NCBI GenBank assembly: GCA_001179505.1
Contig: CDMY01000388.1
Span: 1 to 64,000 of the forward strand
Direction of reading: 5' to 3'
Source of the DNA: Vitrella brassicaformis CCMP3155
Lineage: Eukaryota > Protista > Chromerida
Length of the DNA: 64,000 nucleotides
In this document: in pieces, positions 61,369 to 64,000 of the stretch
How positions within the stretch are numbered: position 1 is the first letter of the stretch
Layout of the letters: every line of letters begins with the position of its first letter
The notes under the pieces: generated by a model
The model's input: only the letters and a program-made list of their open reading frames with translations
Databases searched by the model: none
Told to the model about the DNA's origin: nothing
Position numbers and translations under genes: made by a program

Positions 61369-61757
61369 CGGCTGAGCCTTTTCGTCGATAAGGGAGCCGT
61401 TCTGAGGCGACGAGAGCGACTGATGGGCAGGCGGGCGCTGCTGCTTCCCTCCGTTGCGTCGTTGAGTGGCTCTTTGATTGGGCTGTTCTCGTCGTTCATC
61501 TGCCGGCTGGCGATGAGGAGGGCGATGAGTCAGTCGAGACGTGTCGAGACGATTATAGAGTGAACGAGGCAGAATGAGAGAGAAATAGCATCAAGACTAC
61601 CTGTGGGACCTTGCGAAGGAGGAAAAACAATAGAAGCGTAAAGCCGCCTCAACAAAACCGTTTCACGCGACCTACCCCGCAAGCTCGGGCGGGGCAGACG
61701 CTTGTGTGTAGTCACAGGCCTCGAGGTCCATTTCGTCAACAAGCGCCCCCATCAGAA

Positions 61758-63993
61758 ATGAGGGTCTTCTTGGTTTGTGTGGTGCTCACCACTGTGACTG
61801 CGGTCTGTCCCGCTGACTCCAGCTGCAGCACCCGCCGTTCACTGCAAAGCACCACCGGCCCTTCAGGCACTGCAGCTCCCCTTGAGAGCATCTGGAATGT
61901 GAGCAGGACGACAAGAACACACGCGACATGCACTGTAATGGTCCTTGTTCATTGCAGGCAACCAAGGCCGTCAAGGACATGATCAAGACCAAAATCACCG
62001 GCCTGAGTCGCCTGGCAGGGCATTCCCACACCCACAGCCACGGCCGCCGCGCTCGGCGGCTGTCGGTCCCACAAACTTTGGCGAACGATGCGGCGCCGGC
62101 CAAGGACGCCCTCGGCCGCATTCGCAACATGACCAAAGCCCTCGTCAATTCCGCCAAGGGCGCGCTGAAGGGGTCATCGGATGGCAGACGTAGGAGGCTG
62201 CAGATCCCGCAGGGCCCAAACCCACTGCTCTCGATACAGAACGAGACGCAGAGTGTCAAGGACATCATCAAGAGCAGGCTGGGAGGATTGGGGCGGAGAA
62301 TGCAGGAGACAGCCTTCTCTGACAAGTATCTGGATTCGCTTAACCTGACAGAGGCCGTTAAGGAGCAGATCAGGAGCAGGGTGCCCTTCACGAGACGTCG
62401 ATTGCAGTTCTCTGACGAGGACTTGGATGTCCTGAACCTGACAGAGGCCGTTAAGGAGCAGATCAGGGGCAAGGCGCCCTTCACGAGACGTCGACAGCTG
62501 CAGAGCAGCAACGCAACCACCACCACTACAGCGACGCCAGCAACCACCGAAGCTCCCGAAGCCACAACGAATGATGGCCCCTGCCAGAGCCCTTGTGAGT
62601 CAGCGCCAACGAATCCACATGCCCGCCGTGTACGTGACTTTGTCGGTGTGTGTGCGTCCATACAGGCACGAGCAAGCAGTGGGGCGATTGTGTCGTCAAG
62701 CCAGCTGACTTCGCGGCGGAGATCGACATGCTGGCTGGTGCTGACCTCCGCGCGATCGCCAACCAGACAGCGTATTGTCGGCACTTCACTTCTCGCGACT
62801 GCCCGGAGAGCACAGGAGACTGCGAATACAACAAAGACGACGAATGTAAGCCGATTCCCGCAGGCATGGGAAAAACACAGACCTGTCTCTCTGTGCGTCG
62901 TCCCTTGTCCTGTTGGCTGTCAGCCCGCGATGCTTCGGACAAGTACCTCGACCCGTTCTGGGGACCGGCCACGTGTCGGCCCACCATAGACTGCGGCATC
63001 CACGGCGACGATGACAAAACCGCGTGTGAGGCCATTTCGGGCTGCAAGTGGCACGGACACGAGGGCAGCGACAGCGGCGAGGGCGACTGCAGGGCAGAGT
63101 GGACAAGCGCTTACGAGGACAAGCTCGTGGGCGAGGCAGCCGTGTGCAAGCAGTTTGTGCCGCTTTTCTACTGCGAGTCGCTGCCAAAGGCCGAGTGCGA
63201 CGCGGACCAAAGTAAGTGAGCCTGCCTGCGGGACATATGTCTCCATGTCTACGTGCATGTGCCATCCAGATTGCGAGTATCGGGCCTGGGGTGAGGATGG
63301 CGAGTGTGCTGTGAAGGACTCGGTTGAGGAAGCCCTGGAGCGAGAGATGGATGACATCAGCGACCTCTCCATGTGCGGCCCTCACGTGCGTTGCCGCCAC
63401 ATCGGCCTCTCGCTCCAGGAGACCTGCGAGGCGGACCTCGCCTGCGGCTGGTATGCCTTCGGCCCCGACGCACCTGGCTTGGGGGTCTGCTTCGCACACC
63501 CGGCGGTGCTCGTTGCCCATCCTGACTTTGTGGACTTGTCGACGGACGCTTGCAAGGCCAAATATGGCTTCCATGCAGTGCCCTGGAACTGCATGTACCA
63601 GAGTGCTATGGCGAATGATGGGGGGAAGACTTGCTATGCTGACGGCGCGTGCACTCTCCTCTGCGAGGAGTGGACCAGTGGGGGCCTCTCGTCGTGCACG
63701 GCCAATGGTAAATGAGTACAACTGATGGATGGATGACCCAATACAGCCTCTCGCTCACTGTCATTGCCGCTCCACCCACAGAGACTTATCTGTACCCCAT
63801 GCTCTTCGGCGAGGAATTCTACAAAGCACGTACGTCACCCATAGGGCACGGAGACATCATGACACGGATACGTCCTTCCTCCCTTCGTTGGCCCTTCCCT
63901 TTATGTGTGCTGCAGTCGACATGGTCGACCGAATGGACGCATGCCAGTCTCAAGTTGACGACCAAGCCACGTCTCCATACGAAGAAGAGGTGA
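61758..63993 (+). CDS. Secreted protein: signal peptide, five Arg-Arg-delimited helical repeats, Thr-rich linker and Cys-rich repeats
   Basis: MRVFLVCVVLTTVTAVCPADSS. Introns at 61899-61957 and 62595-62665, plus later ones, keep the frame. Cys-rich units include CEAISGCKW and CEADLACGW. Confidence 0.8.
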
Positions 63994-64000
63994 CCACCGC

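Overview
GC-rich, intron-rich eukaryotic DNA. GT-AG introns are filled with (AC/TG)n, (GACA/TGTC)n and (ATCC/GGAT)n microsatellites. The apicomplexan-type CDPK, the ApiAP2-type domains and the intron style suggest a chromerid alveolate, most likely Vitrella brassicaformis (inference). Four ~300-N scaffold gaps are present. Genes were rebuilt by manual splicing, so exon boundaries are approximate. Housekeeping-type genes: pyridoxal kinase, TTC39/Iml2 TPR protein, CDPK, extended mS33-like protein, WrbA quinone reductase, PDK/BCKDK-family kinase, Kir-like channel, two-AP2-domain protein and TMEM205-like protein. Lineage-specific duplicated material: a tandem pair of secreted Cys-rich genes, a pair of divergent CK1-like kinases (one decayed), a duplicated KH-like exon, and a family in which a catalytically dead CK1-like pseudokinase is spliced in frame to an F-box/LRR-like module (one complete copy on +, two partial copies on -). 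The last gene encodes a signal peptide, five N-glycosylated helical repeats separated by RR(x)L/Q sites (three ending G-RR) and a Cys-rich body, which resembles a peptide precursor. No rRNA, tRNA, CRISPR array or recognisable transposase was found.
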